Source: a virus. Taken from it: a DNA stretch of 64,000 bases. Positions 53,368 through 63,443 of the stretch are shown here, piece after piece (position 1 is the first letter of the stretch; every line of letters begins with the position of its first letter). Position numbers and translations under genes: made by a program. The notes beneath the pieces were generated by a model. The model searched no databases and had not been told where the DNA came from. It worked only from the letters and a program-made list of their open reading frames with translations. The DNA is taken from IMG/VR virus record IMGVR_UViG_3300025133_000023, one strand, 5' to 3'.

Positions 53368-55235
53368 TAGCCGCCTCGGGTGATAAAGGTGTGGTTGAAG
53401 TTGACTTTGATAGCGTATAGCGTGAAGAAGGACGCGCCACTAGTCCATTCTGGATAGATTCTCAGGTAAATACGATTGTCGGACTTGTCGATAGTCTGAA
53501 CAATATCAAAGCTGGTGGTGTGTGAGCCGTCGGCATCGCCCATTGAGTCGTCATCATCCATGAGTACTTCACCAGCTTGTGTCCATGGGTCGTGATATAG
53601 ATCGACATTAACAACTCGGCTACCGCTTGCTGCTGATTCCCACCTGTATCTCATCTCAACACTGGTGATTGATGAACCCTGAGGAAGGTGTGCTCCTAGG
53701 TCAAGAATGAGTTTCTCGTCAGTCAGACTAAACTTAACCCCGGGCTGAGTGCCGGCCGTCTCTGCATACACAATGCTTGCGCCGCTAAGCCAGGTGGCTC
53801 CGTTCCAAGGCATAATGACAACACTGTCTGATCTCGCCGGGTCCCAACCGAAGTTGGTAGAGGCATCATCGAGGATGAGGTCCTTCCTATATACAGCGAG
53901 TGAGTCAGATGAGTTGTGATACCGCACGAACGGCCCAGACGAATAGTCACCAAAGAAGATGCCCATGCTGTCATCACCAACACCAAAGGTTGGTGGATTG
54001 GTGACTCCTGCATTCTTCCCGCTAGCCATGAGGAGGTCCCCAAGCATGGCGTTTTCTGAGTGGGAATCATCTCTTCCCCATCGCCCCAGATACTGAGGGT
54101 GGTCGTTGGTCCAGTCTTGAGAGTCGTCGTCGAAGAAGCTATAGCTATCTCCACCACCGTTGCCAGCTACATGGCCTGTAGCTGACTCACTAAGATTCGC
54201 ATGCGGAATACGCATGTCCATATTGGTTCCATCGTGCTGGTGTTCTCTATGATTAGCCCTAAGTGCATCCACGGTTCTGGTTAAATCAGTACCCCCAGCA
54301 AGGATAAGACTATATCTAACATTACCTGCAATCAAATCTTCACCAACATATTCAACCACTGTAGCTGAAGTAAACTTAAAGCTACCAGGAACAAGTCTAC
54401 TCTCTACTTCATCCCAAAGGCCTAGCAATCCATCAGCAATAATGTCTGTTGCTGCATACTCAGCAGTTAGCCAAGCTGGCAAGAAGAGCTGAACATTATG
54501 GTTAATATCATTCTGTGCAGTAAGGGCACTTGATGTATTTCCCCAGTCTGCTTGCTGATGAGTCAATACTGGAAGCGTGATTATCCCACCTGTGGTGGTA
54601 GTTGAAACGCTACACTTAATAGACTGTTGAGGTCCTGGATAAACATTAAAGTTGGCACCATAATAGGTGTCAGCCATGTTTGTCCCAGATGTATCTGCAA
54701 CATAATCAACAGTCCCATTGGAGCCACTACCATCCCAAACAACAACCAAGCCTGTGAGCGGCTCAAAGTGATAGTCACCATAGGCTGCCACAAGAGCTCT
54801 AGTTGCTCGATAATTAGCAAACTTGCTTGCAGACAGAGAAAAAGTAAGCAGACCATCTGGAATAAATCTTAAGTAAAATTCATTCGCATCACTAGGCAAA
54901 GGCTCAGCTGTAATTGATGCAGTAACTCCACTTAGAATCCTTGGATTAAGCGCTGCCGCAGGTCCCACCAACCTAGCTAGATTTAGAATCTGAAGATGTA
55001 GGTCTGTGGTACTTAGTAGGGTTCCACCCTTACCATAGGCCCATCCAGATATAGGAGTATTAGTACTCGTGAAAAGTGGATGGAAGTCTGCATGCATATC
55101 TCCAAGTGCAGCTTCTAATTGGTTAAGAGCAGCATTAGTCTGGGCTGCCCAAGCCGTAAGCTTAGCAGCGGAAGGCTGCTCTCCGCTTACGAAGGAAATC
55201 GGCACTGGGAAGGTATCTTTAAATTTGTCTGGCAT
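53367..55235 (-). CDS. Tail-associated structural protein
   Basis: 622 aa; N-terminal FVSGEQPSAAKLTAW resembles tail-fibre attachment segments; beta-rich. Confidence 0.55.
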   Translation of the reverse strand: MPDKFKDTFPVPISFVSGEQPSAAKLTAWAAQTNAALNQLEAALGDMHADFHPLFTSTNTPISGWAYGKGGTLLSTTDLHLQILNLARLVGPAAALNPRILSGVTASITAEPLPSDANEFYLRFIPDGLLTFSLSASKFANYRATRALVAAYGDYHFEPLTGLVVVWDGSGSNGTVDYVADTSGTNMADTYYGANFNVYPGPQQSIKCSVSTTTTGGIITLPVLTHQQADWGNTSSALTAQNDINHNVQLFLPAWLTAEYAATDIIADGLLGLWDEVESRLVPGSFKFTSATVVEYVGEDLIAGNVRYSLILAGGTDLTRTVDALRANHREHQHDGTNMDMRIPHANLSESATGHVAGNGGGDSYSFFDDDSQDWTNDHPQYLGRWGRDDSHSENAMLGDLLMASGKNAGVTNPPTFGVGDDSMGIFFGDYSSGPFVRYHNSSDSLAVYRKDLILDDASTNFGWDPARSDSVVIMPWNGATWLSGASIVYAETAGTQPGVKFSLTDEKLILDLGAHLPQGSSITSVEMRYRWESAASGSRVVNVDLYHDPWTQAGEVLMDDDDSMGDADGSHTTSFDIVQTIDKSDNRIYLRIYPEWTSGASFFTLYAIKVNFNHTFITRGG

Positions 55236-55244
55236 TACAAAACC

Positions 55245-58007
55245 TTATGGGGCACTAAGCAGGAATGATATGGAAGCAAATGGGTTGCTCAGTGCTAGGT
55301 AGCTTCCACTAATGGGGTTGATTGTGACGAAGGTACTTCCGCCAAGACCCGACGAGGCACTTGAAGAACTGTCAATGAACTTAAAGCCATATGGAATCTG
55401 GGAACTGTTTTCAAGCGCTACGCCTTTTAGATAATCAGGCAGGCTAACTCGTACTCGAACGATGTTCGAGAATACACGTTTTCCCGTAAGGATACTATCA
55501 GCAAAGGCCTGGAAGGACAACTCTGCATCCAGTGAGAGCCAATAAGCTCCTAGATTATTCGCGTCTACTGTTGCGCTTGGAATTGGAAGGATGAAATCAA
55601 AGACAAAGGTTGTCTTCCCTGCGGTAATCGAAGAAGAGATTGGCTGAACAGGGAAGTAGGCCCCAAGCTCACTGGTGGCTGGATGAACAGCCGTAGGATC
55701 GTATTCATAGATAACCTTCTTCTTGCCGTTAAGGTCAGCCTCTATCCAAGCAGTCCAACTACTGTCCATTAGCTTAACATAATCAGGGGCACCACCAAGG
55801 GTAAGTTCCTGATCTATATGAGCAACTCCGTCACGCCAATAGATAATATTAGCAAGATATTCAGTCCCCAAAGTATCAACGACTGTAATCGTTCCACCAT
55901 CAAAGGTTCCGTCAGGGTATCTTGTCTTTACTGGAAGACTGCTTACTGTAGAAGGATTAGAAGCATCTGTAATAACGTTTCCGACATAGAGCTTAGCCGC
56001 AGCTAGAGGAAAGGCGCTTCCTGACGCATAGCCGGTAGCATTTCCCCATATGCCAACAGTCCCGATTGAAGGGTCATCCTTAGTTACAGCGAAAAGTAGA
56101 ATCTCAGCAAGGTCTGGAGTTAAGATTTCTCTATCTACTGTGATAAGTGTTTGTCCTCCAGCAACAACTGTTGTTTCAGCATACATTCCAACAAGATCAA
56201 GGTCGGTCCCAATAGTAAAGGGGGCCGAGATCTCTCCATCTTGATTAGAGATAGAGGTGTAGTCTGCTGGGCTTCCATTAAGCAAGCCAATAAAGGGGTC
56301 GTTAAGTTCATCGATTGTAATCGTTAGCCCCGGAATAGGAGTTCCCAAGGCGGTAAACGCTGTTGCTGTAAGGATAGCGCTATCGCTTCCCACAGCTAAT
56401 GGACCATATAGTCCACCACCAAGGCTAGGCTTGTCGATTGATAGAATGAGTTCATCTACTTCAAGAGGGTTTCTTCCAATATAGACAATGCCATTAGAAG
56501 ATGGGTTGAGGAGAGGGTGTACGTTTGTTGTGTCGGCAATAATCCAGTCAACAAAGTCAAGAGGCTCATACTCAATTCGTGGTACAGCTACATAGCTAAT
56601 AGCAACAGTTTCTCCAACGGAGACAGCCCTACCACACTGGACAGGGGTGATAGAGGCTCCCTTTGCATGAGCTGCTGCAGTCGTTCCATTGACTCCTCTG
56701 ATTAACCCACCTAGGACATTGTTTTCTTTGGAGGTGTACTGAATCTCTTCTGTTCCTAGCTTAACTCGTCCACTAGCTGGGAGGAGCGTAGCATCATCTA
56801 CAAGAAGACTAGAGCTCGTAGGGCTAACAGCCTCATCAAGGAAGAGAACCGCATCAACAGAGTTCCGAGCAAATTTAATGATTCCATAGTCATAGTCTAC
56901 TTCAAAAACATACTCAGTATCTGAATGATTGGATAGGCTGTTGTCCGTTGCGAGAGTCCACTTCCTTGCTGTGGTTCCGTCATTAGTTATTACTTGAGGA
57001 ACCTCTACGATGCCCGTAGGCAACATACTATCAACGGTCCAAGCCCAAAGAGGGAAGTATCTTGTGAAGAAAGCTTGGTTATCAGTATCACTACCAACTC
57101 CTAACTGCTCCATACAGGTATTAACTCTCTGAAGAGCGATCGTATCTGTTGAAGGGAAGAGTGAGCCATTGCCAAGCTCCCACACATTTAGCTCTCCCAC
57201 AATCAAGTACATAGCACTGCTAAGGTAAGCCTCAGGGCTTCCTACATCCTCACGATAAAGAATCTCAAAGTTGTTGAAGCGCTCAATAGCACTATCGTCA
57301 AAGGGAGGAGTTAATAGTCCATCTCCTTCTCTCTCCCTAGTAGACAAATCAGCAATGCCAGTGAACTCGTCAACGTAGTCTGCATGCCAAAAGGCCTCTG
57401 CAGTCAGGTCTTCTGCCCGACGGAAGATAGTCGCATGCATGGGGGTATTGGGCTTTTTTCTATAGCTTAGAGGAACATTGGTATACTTATCAGTAGCGCC
57501 CCCGACGAAGGGGGTAGAGTTAACATAGGGAACGATAATGCTCTCTTCACTCCACAGATAATAGTCCTTCCAGTTAATGAAGTAATCACCATGGAGTACA
57601 CGTGGGAGCCACGTACATGGATATTTGGCATAGAGGTCAAGATACTTACAGTCATCTCCTCCGCCAATTCCAGAGAGCCAATGCTGGTCTAGGGTTCCTT
57701 CAACCGCAGATAGCTTTCCGTTAAAGAGGCGGCTAGCCTGTCCCGTAGTGATATCATCTTCATCCTCCCACCGTCTGCGGTCATGCATGAAGCCTTCGAT
57801 ATCATGGTCTGTTTGCTCAAGCCTAGCGGCCCTTGTTCCCACAATAGGTAGCTGATCATTGGTCTCGTATACTTCTTGCTGCAAGGGAAGAGTAAGAACA
57901 ACGATACGGTTGTTGAGCAGGGTAGGGGACGCACCCTGGGTTACAGAGATATTGAAATCTCCAGTAACGAGAAGGTTTGTTCCAAAGCCATGGATAACTA
58001 ATTGCAT
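55245..58007 (-). CDS. Large tail/baseplate protein with an Ig-like domain
   Basis: 920 aa; YEVDY..GIIKF-type repeat; Big-1-like SAILTATAFTALGTPIPGLTITI. Confidence 0.6.
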   Translation of the reverse strand: MQLVIHGFGTNLLVTGDFNISVTQGASPTLLNNRIVVLTLPLQQEVYETNDQLPIVGTRAARLEQTDHDIEGFMHDRRRWEDEDDITTGQASRLFNGKLSAVEGTLDQHWLSGIGGGDDCKYLDLYAKYPCTWLPRVLHGDYFINWKDYYLWSEESIIVPYVNSTPFVGGATDKYTNVPLSYRKKPNTPMHATIFRRAEDLTAEAFWHADYVDEFTGIADLSTREREGDGLLTPPFDDSAIERFNNFEILYREDVGSPEAYLSSAMYLIVGELNVWELGNGSLFPSTDTIALQRVNTCMEQLGVGSDTDNQAFFTRYFPLWAWTVDSMLPTGIVEVPQVITNDGTTARKWTLATDNSLSNHSDTEYVFEVDYDYGIIKFARNSVDAVLFLDEAVSPTSSSLLVDDATLLPASGRVKLGTEEIQYTSKENNVLGGLIRGVNGTTAAAHAKGASITPVQCGRAVSVGETVAISYVAVPRIEYEPLDFVDWIIADTTNVHPLLNPSSNGIVYIGRNPLEVDELILSIDKPSLGGGLYGPLAVGSDSAILTATAFTALGTPIPGLTITIDELNDPFIGLLNGSPADYTSISNQDGEISAPFTIGTDLDLVGMYAETTVVAGGQTLITVDREILTPDLAEILLFAVTKDDPSIGTVGIWGNATGYASGSAFPLAAAKLYVGNVITDASNPSTVSSLPVKTRYPDGTFDGGTITVVDTLGTEYLANIIYWRDGVAHIDQELTLGGAPDYVKLMDSSWTAWIEADLNGKKKVIYEYDPTAVHPATSELGAYFPVQPISSSITAGKTTFVFDFILPIPSATVDANNLGAYWLSLDAELSFQAFADSILTGKRVFSNIVRVRVSLPDYLKGVALENSSQIPYGFKFIDSSSSASSGLGGSTFVTINPISGSYLALSNPFASISFLLSAP

Positions 58008-58135
58008 CGGCGTTCCTCGTAATGGCGCTCTTCACATAAGGTGAGCCCGTTTGAAATCTCATATCTCAAACTTTCGCTGTCAACCCATCGAACGTAGCGT
58101 TTTTCTATACAACCAGTTAAATCTTTATTCACCAT
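57998..58135 (-). pseudogene. 45-aa HNH endonuclease remnant (absent from the ORF track)
   Basis: Translated by hand: MVNKDLTGCIEKRYVRWVDSESLRYEISNGLTLCEERHYEERRCN*. It matches the W..xPxLR(Y/F)xxxNGxTLCxxCH pattern but lacks the first His and one Cys. Confidence 0.6.
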
Positions 58136-59087
58136 AATACATCGGGACCACACTCAAAAGTTCGTTGGCATAGTCTGCGCCAGTAACGCTAAGGATTCCG
58201 TCTTGGTTGTCCCCAAATACATCTAGGTTCTGTTCTGTAAGGATGTCCATTGTGTCTGGATCGGTTAAGGTGTTTATTTCAACTGTGCTCATTGGGATGA
58301 TTAAAGGAAAGACAGAGAAGAGAATGTCTATTGTACCAACCATTGGTGGAGTTAGCGTATGAATAGTTCTTCCAAAATCAGGAACTGCAAAGTCTCCACA
58401 TCCCTCTAGATCTTCAATATTGTCGACCTCTTCAGTGACTCCAGAGTCGCGAGAGAATACTGCACTAGTGATCCAATTACTATCTGTCATTTGAGTATAG
58501 AAGGTTTGGAGATTGGTTCCATTAACAGGAACACCGTGCAGAGAGCGGACTGAAGAAATCTTCTTGAGGTATTCTGACTTATCGAAACTTAATGCTGTTC
58601 CCCAGCTAATAGCTTCTAGCCCTGGAATAGCATTCAGTGCAATGAGCAAATCAATTAGGAAGTAGGAGTCTGTTCTTCCCCATGTAGCAATATAGTCGAA
58701 CTCTGGAGTCTCCCATCTCTCGTCAGGCCATCCATCCCATGTTGTTTGGAAGTCTAGTCCCGAAGCTGACATTACTGAGTTAGCAAGAATGCCTCGCTCA
58801 TCCACACTAAGGGCAAACCTATCGCTTACAATAGGAACACCATCCACTCTCTCTACATCAATAATGATTCCACCAGTGTAGGCAGCTTGCCCAAGCTCTC
58901 GACTAATTCCGTTATACAATCCTCCATAGGAAGCATTTGCTGGATGGATATAGTTATCAAGAACACGAAGCTTAAAGGCTTTAAGGCTCTCGTTAGGGAG
59001 TCGATGAAGGTTGATGAGCTGCCCAATCCTATCGAGAGGAGTAGTTACATTAACCTTCTGTGTTGTCTGATTAGTAGCTGAAGACAT
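58125..59087 (-). CDS. Baseplate wedge protein (putative)
   Basis: LDRIGQLINLHRLPNESLKAFKLRVL motif typical of baseplate wedge subunits. Confidence 0.6.
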   Translation of the reverse strand: MSSATNQTTQKVNVTTPLDRIGQLINLHRLPNESLKAFKLRVLDNYIHPANASYGGLYNGISRELGQAAYTGGIIIDVERVDGVPIVSDRFALSVDERGILANSVMSASGLDFQTTWDGWPDERWETPEFDYIATWGRTDSYFLIDLLIALNAIPGLEAISWGTALSFDKSEYLKKISSVRSLHGVPVNGTNLQTFYTQMTDSNWITSAVFSRDSGVTEEVDNIEDLEGCGDFAVPDFGRTIHTLTPPMVGTIDILFSVFPLIIPMSTVEINTLTDPDTMDILTEQNLDVFGDNQDGILSVTGADYANELLSVVPMYYGE

Positions 59088-60862
59088 TAGGGACTATCCT
59101 CCCCAGTTAGTACCGAGACAGAGTCGTACTCTTCTCTGAAGTAGACCGTGTTGCCACGATAGTCTACAGTAAAGTAATCATAGTGCAGGTTAAGATTCCA
59201 GACATCTCCATTATCCAAAAGAACCAAAAGAGCCCCTTCACCATCATAGGTCATACCAGCAACCTTTCCCTGTATGGCTGCAGGAAGAGGAAGGTCTACG
59301 TAGACCCTTGAGAGCTGCTGGCTTAAGAGAATACTATCCTTCTGGATTTCTCCTCCTGCCAACTTCGTCTCCAGTACAAAGATTTCTACTGGCTGTCCAC
59401 CATCTGGATCAGTAAAGGGAGATACCGTGAGCGTCTTCTCTTGCCAATCGTTAGCCGTTCCATTGGCAGCTGTGTTAAAGATGAATCCTTGGAAAGGGTC
59501 AGTCAATGGATTAATCTCATTCCCATCCCAATCCAAAACTGTTGAAACGATTTCGTTATCGCCATCGCTTAAGGTATACCGAGTAAGCCTAGTTGATGTA
59601 ATTATTTGAGTATTGCCAGCATGGTGAGTATAGATATCCATGGAGGGGCCTTCGCTTAGATTCATCCATGTTCTATCTGCGTCAATAAGGAGTTCAGCAT
59701 TAGGTGTTCGATTCTTATATAGAAGATCGATGAACAAAAGGCGTTCACTGTCATCCATAGTCCACAGGAATGGATGAGTCCTTTCTGCAGAGACAACCTT
59801 AAGGGTTGTCTGGTTAATCAGAATCAAATATCGGCTAAAGGGAATTCTCTCGATGGCAATGAAGCTAGGTTCAATTCCTGACTCACTGAAGAGGAGCTCT
59901 TCATAAACAACCTCTTGGTCATCAAAGCCCTCAGCCTCAAAAGCTGATGGATATTCTGGAACTGTCCACTGAAGAACGGCCATAGGGGTTGAGGGATCTC
60001 CTGGGTCTCCCGGGACAGTTAGATTTTCAAACTTATGAGCTAGCCTTTTCTCTGAAGTAGCATCCACCCATAGAGTATATGGGTCTACGATATAGTTCTT
60101 CTTAAAGCCCCGAGTAACTTCCATTGTAGTGTCCTCGGGGTTGTTGATGCCTTCTGTTCCCATAAGCCAGATAGAATCATAAATATTCTTAGTTGGCTGG
60201 ATTCCATTTACAGGGAACGGCATATGTTCAATCCTTTCATCAAGATAGTCAAACTCTACTGGCTGTCCACTGATTACGACCTTAGGCTTAAGGGTCTCTC
60301 CGTCAGAAGTCTCTCCTCCAAATACGGTGGCTCCATTAATCTTGACCCACAGTTTTGACCTAAGCCTAAGCAGCTGTGCATTGTCAAAGCTAGAGCTTCC
60401 TAGCTGGTCTAGATAGGTTTGCGTAAGAAGGGTATCGCTAATCTCGGTAGCGAGAAGCCCTCCAGTAATTCGACTAGGAGGTCGCTCAAAAGGAGACGCC
60501 TTGGCCCATGTATCGACATGGGTCAACTCAATACTTTCCGCTCCTATTCTAGCTGTGATGGTTGGAATCTCGAAAACCCTTGAGCCAGGATCTAGGACAA
60601 ACTCAAACTCCATAGGCAGCCTAAGAACATAGGCAAAGGCTAAGTCGTTTATGTTAACCGAAGGGACGAAGTAGTTATCCCGAACCATAAATTGCCGAGC
60701 ATAGAGCTCATCGTACTTAACAGCAAAGGGATTCACCATTGCCTGAAGAACAGAGTCTTGTCTCGTTCGTGCACGGCTCCATCCAGGTAGACGATTAGCT
60801 ATACGCTGTAGCGTCCATGGACGAGTAACTCCTGCTCGATCTATGGTGGGATTGCATGCCAC
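59087..60862 (-). CDS. Baseplate wedge / tail protein (gpI-like position)
   Basis: RLPGWSRAR...LQAMVNP N-terminus; directly follows the baseplate J gene. Confidence 0.55.
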   Translation of the reverse strand: MACNPTIDRAGVTRPWTLQRIANRLPGWSRARTRQDSVLQAMVNPFAVKYDELYARQFMVRDNYFVPSVNINDLAFAYVLRLPMEFEFVLDPGSRVFEIPTITARIGAESIELTHVDTWAKASPFERPPSRITGGLLATEISDTLLTQTYLDQLGSSSFDNAQLLRLRSKLWVKINGATVFGGETSDGETLKPKVVISGQPVEFDYLDERIEHMPFPVNGIQPTKNIYDSIWLMGTEGINNPEDTTMEVTRGFKKNYIVDPYTLWVDATSEKRLAHKFENLTVPGDPGDPSTPMAVLQWTVPEYPSAFEAEGFDDQEVVYEELLFSESGIEPSFIAIERIPFSRYLILINQTTLKVVSAERTHPFLWTMDDSERLLFIDLLYKNRTPNAELLIDADRTWMNLSEGPSMDIYTHHAGNTQIITSTRLTRYTLSDGDNEIVSTVLDWDGNEINPLTDPFQGFIFNTAANGTANDWQEKTLTVSPFTDPDGGQPVEIFVLETKLAGGEIQKDSILLSQQLSRVYVDLPLPAAIQGKVAGMTYDGEGALLVLLDNGDVWNLNLHYDYFTVDYRGNTVYFREEYDSVSVLTGEDSP

Positions 60863-62091
60863 TAGAAAGTAAATCCAAAGGCGACGGTAAGGCTAGGTTC
60901 AGGCTGCAGCACCTCCCATCCTTCGATAGGGACTTCATTCTGGTCAAGCAGTTCACCTCTTACTCTTTGATTATCTACTCCCTGCTCAAGCCTCCATCGG
61001 CCTATTTGATCGAAGAAGTCTGAGCCGCTTCCAAAGGAATCAATACGACTATCTGATCGGATTAGTTTTGATTTAAGTCTTTCAAGATCTAGGGACTGAC
61101 CAATACGAGTAGCCGTTACCGTCTCTCGGGTGAGAGAAATAAGGTTTTGTCTCATTTCAAGTTGAGCAGAAGCTGTGAGTGGCTCTACGGTATTGACTTT
61201 TGTAGAGAAACTAATCCCCACAATTGGTGGGGTATAGGCTCTTACTTGGATTCCAAAACTTTTAACGGGAGCAATAGCTAGCTCTACCAGTCGAGTCATT
61301 GAATCACTTGGGGTATTGTCTTGTCCTACAGTAAAGATTCCAGCACTTCCGATTCCATCAAAGTAATTGATAAGCATAAGGTCAAGAACGCCAGGAACTC
61401 CAAGAGCAGCAAACCGAATAGCTGTAAGGTTTCCTGCTTGAGCTGCTGTAGCTGCAATAGAGATAAGGAATCTCATGTCTTGATCTGACTGAACGTTCTC
61501 TCCATTGATGATGCCATAGGTGTTGATAACCTTTAAGGTCTCATTGATTTTATCTGTGTAGCCTCTAAAGTCATGGTTCCGCAAAGACAGAGGACCAATT
61601 CGCCCACCCGACCCTTCAAGGACAGCCTCTACTGAAACGAACTGTTGGCTAGCAGAAGAGACAAGGACAACTGGATTAACCAGCTCATACTGGATAGGGT
61701 CTTGAGCTCCAGCAATAATGGGGATTGTCTCGATAATCGTTCCTGCAGGAATGCTGATTGGACTTCCTCCATTAATATCTCCAAAGGTTCCTGAGCTTAC
61801 ATAGAAGGAAACATTAGCTTCAGTTGAGTAAGACAAGCACTTAGAAGATTGTCGTCTTCGTACTCCGAACAGTACTCCCAACGCATCTAGGAATTCCCCA
61901 CTAGCTCCGCTTAGGAAGGCCTTATCGAAGTTGCTATTGAAGAAAGCATAGGCTGTCTCGAGCTCCTTAGAGATGATGCTGGATAAAGCATAAGCCTTAG
62001 AGGAGCGATGGGTATAGGAGAGTCCTGTTGTTCGAAGCTCAGATAAAAGCTCCAAAAGAATCTCTTGACTTGATCTAGTAGGAAGTGCCAT
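60862..62091 (-). CDS. Baseplate J-like protein
   Basis: ASGEFLDALGVLFGVRR, IPAGTII, GENVQSDQDMR and AALGVPGV. Confidence 0.85.
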   Translation of the reverse strand: MALPTRSSQEILLELLSELRTTGLSYTHRSSKAYALSSIISKELETAYAFFNSNFDKAFLSGASGEFLDALGVLFGVRRRQSSKCLSYSTEANVSFYVSSGTFGDINGGSPISIPAGTIIETIPIIAGAQDPIQYELVNPVVLVSSASQQFVSVEAVLEGSGGRIGPLSLRNHDFRGYTDKINETLKVINTYGIINGENVQSDQDMRFLISIAATAAQAGNLTAIRFAALGVPGVLDLMLINYFDGIGSAGIFTVGQDNTPSDSMTRLVELAIAPVKSFGIQVRAYTPPIVGISFSTKVNTVEPLTASAQLEMRQNLISLTRETVTATRIGQSLDLERLKSKLIRSDSRIDSFGSGSDFFDQIGRWRLEQGVDNQRVRGELLDQNEVPIEGWEVLQPEPSLTVAFGFTF

Positions 62092-62100
62092 GGTTATCTC

Positions 62101-62544
62101 TTAGAGGGGGGTAGGGTCAACGTGGTTCTCACCATAGTCATAGTGAATAGTGGTGTTAATAATTCTTGAGTTCTTGTTCCGGGGAGTAGGTGCAACTTGT
62201 AGAGTGATGTGCCCAACAACCGCGTTAATGCTAGTGGGGAAAACATCAACACTAACATCTGTGAGATCGAATACACCATAAGGAAGTAGTGAGTTGAAAA
62301 GCCTTCGCTTTAGTCTCTTTCCGTTAAGTGCAGTGTTGGGTTCACCTGTGAAATCACTAATCGTTGCTCCCAACAGTGGGGCAGGCAACCAATCTCCAAC
62401 ATCAGACTTTCCTCGGTCATAGATATCCTGAGCAGCAGCGAGCAAGGGATCGAACCTTGTATCTGCTATATCTCCATCATGACCCATAACGAAGTCTCCG
62501 GTATTACTCCAAAGAAGATCTATTGCATCATAGTTCTTAGCCAT
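62101..62544 (-). CDS. Baseplate wedge initiator, gp25/gpW/XkdS-like
   Basis: GDI......AQDIYDR.KS..GDW..AP.LGA pattern; immediately upstream of J. Confidence 0.7.
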   Translation of the reverse strand: MAKNYDAIDLLWSNTGDFVMGHDGDIADTRFDPLLAAAQDIYDRGKSDVGDWLPAPLLGATISDFTGEPNTALNGKRLKRRLFNSLLPYGVFDLTDVSVDVFPTSINAVVGHITLQVAPTPRNKNSRIINTTIHYDYGENHVDPTPL

Positions 62545-62547
62545 TAA

Positions 62548-62886
62548 TTATCCTAGCAGCGTCAGCATTGAAGCTGCCGTAGCAACTACTTCAACGATCC
62601 TTCCAATGAGTTCGATGTTGGGAAGCACCCCAGGGAAGGGGGTTGTTAAGGTACTTGGGACCATCATGAGTGGGGTTAGCTGAAACATCATTAACCCACC
62701 CATTTTGATTTGATTAGACATTCCCTGGAGATTAATATTACCAGAGATGCCAATGGCTTCTTCCCCAATACTGATCCAGATATCTTCATCAGCACCCGTA
62801 AGGGTAACTGACTCATCCATAAACTTAATCCCAGCATTCGCTTCGGGATTGGCCTTGAACGTTCGTACAGGTTTGTTAAAACTCAT
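62548..62886 (-). CDS. Hypothetical baseplate/spike-region protein
   Basis: 112 aa; short beta-repeat-like N-half; position in the baseplate module. Confidence 0.5.
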   Translation of the reverse strand: MSFNKPVRTFKANPEANAGIKFMDESVTLTGADEDIWISIGEEAIGISGNINLQGMSNQIKMGGLMMFQLTPLMMVPSTLTTPFPGVLPNIELIGRIVEVVATAASMLTLLG

Positions 62887-62903
62887 TTATTACTCCGATT
62901 ATA

Positions 62904-63443
62904 CTATCCCATGATTGCAGAAGTGAGGCTGTATGCCTTCTGGTCAAGGTACTTTTTGTTGTCAGTGACAGTGGTATCCTCATCATTTTCTGGTTTAAGG
63001 TTTCTTACTGATTGAAGATAGACACGAGCTGTGTTTCTAATGTTAGGCATCATGAACTTAACAGTACAGGGGGCTCCTGCAAGGCCATCACTGCCGTAGA
63101 CAAGACCGACAAGAGCCGGGTTCTCCTCTAGAACAATGGGCAGGTCTTTGATTAGGGCGTCATAATCCTGATCAGCATCTTCAATGATAACAGTTACTCT
63201 GACAATGTTATCGTTCCATTCTCGGCTCTTAGATTTCTTTCGCCCCTTGCGAGTTCGACCCTTTGCGTAGGAGTCATCTTCTTCTTCAGGAAGCTCATCT
63301 CCTGGATGATAGACCTTATCAATGAAACCTTTAACCTCAGTAACAGACCCACGAGCAACGGCAGCACGGCCACGACGTACAGCTCTATCTTGTGCCTGTT
63401 CTCTCATGTTTCTGGCTATACGTGAGCCTGGGTCAAATGACAT
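62904..63443 (-). CDS. Hypothetical baseplate-region protein
   Basis: 179 aa; TAATG-coupled to the upstream gene. Confidence 0.55.
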   Translation of the reverse strand: MSFDPGSRIARNMREQAQDRAVRRGRAAVARGSVTEVKGFIDKVYHPGDELPEEEDDSYAKGRTRKGRKKSKSREWNDNIVRVTVIIEDADQDYDALIKDLPIVLEENPALVGLVYGSDGLAGAPCTVKFMMPNIRNTARVYLQSVRNLKPENDEDTTVTDNKKYLDQKAYSLTSAIMG

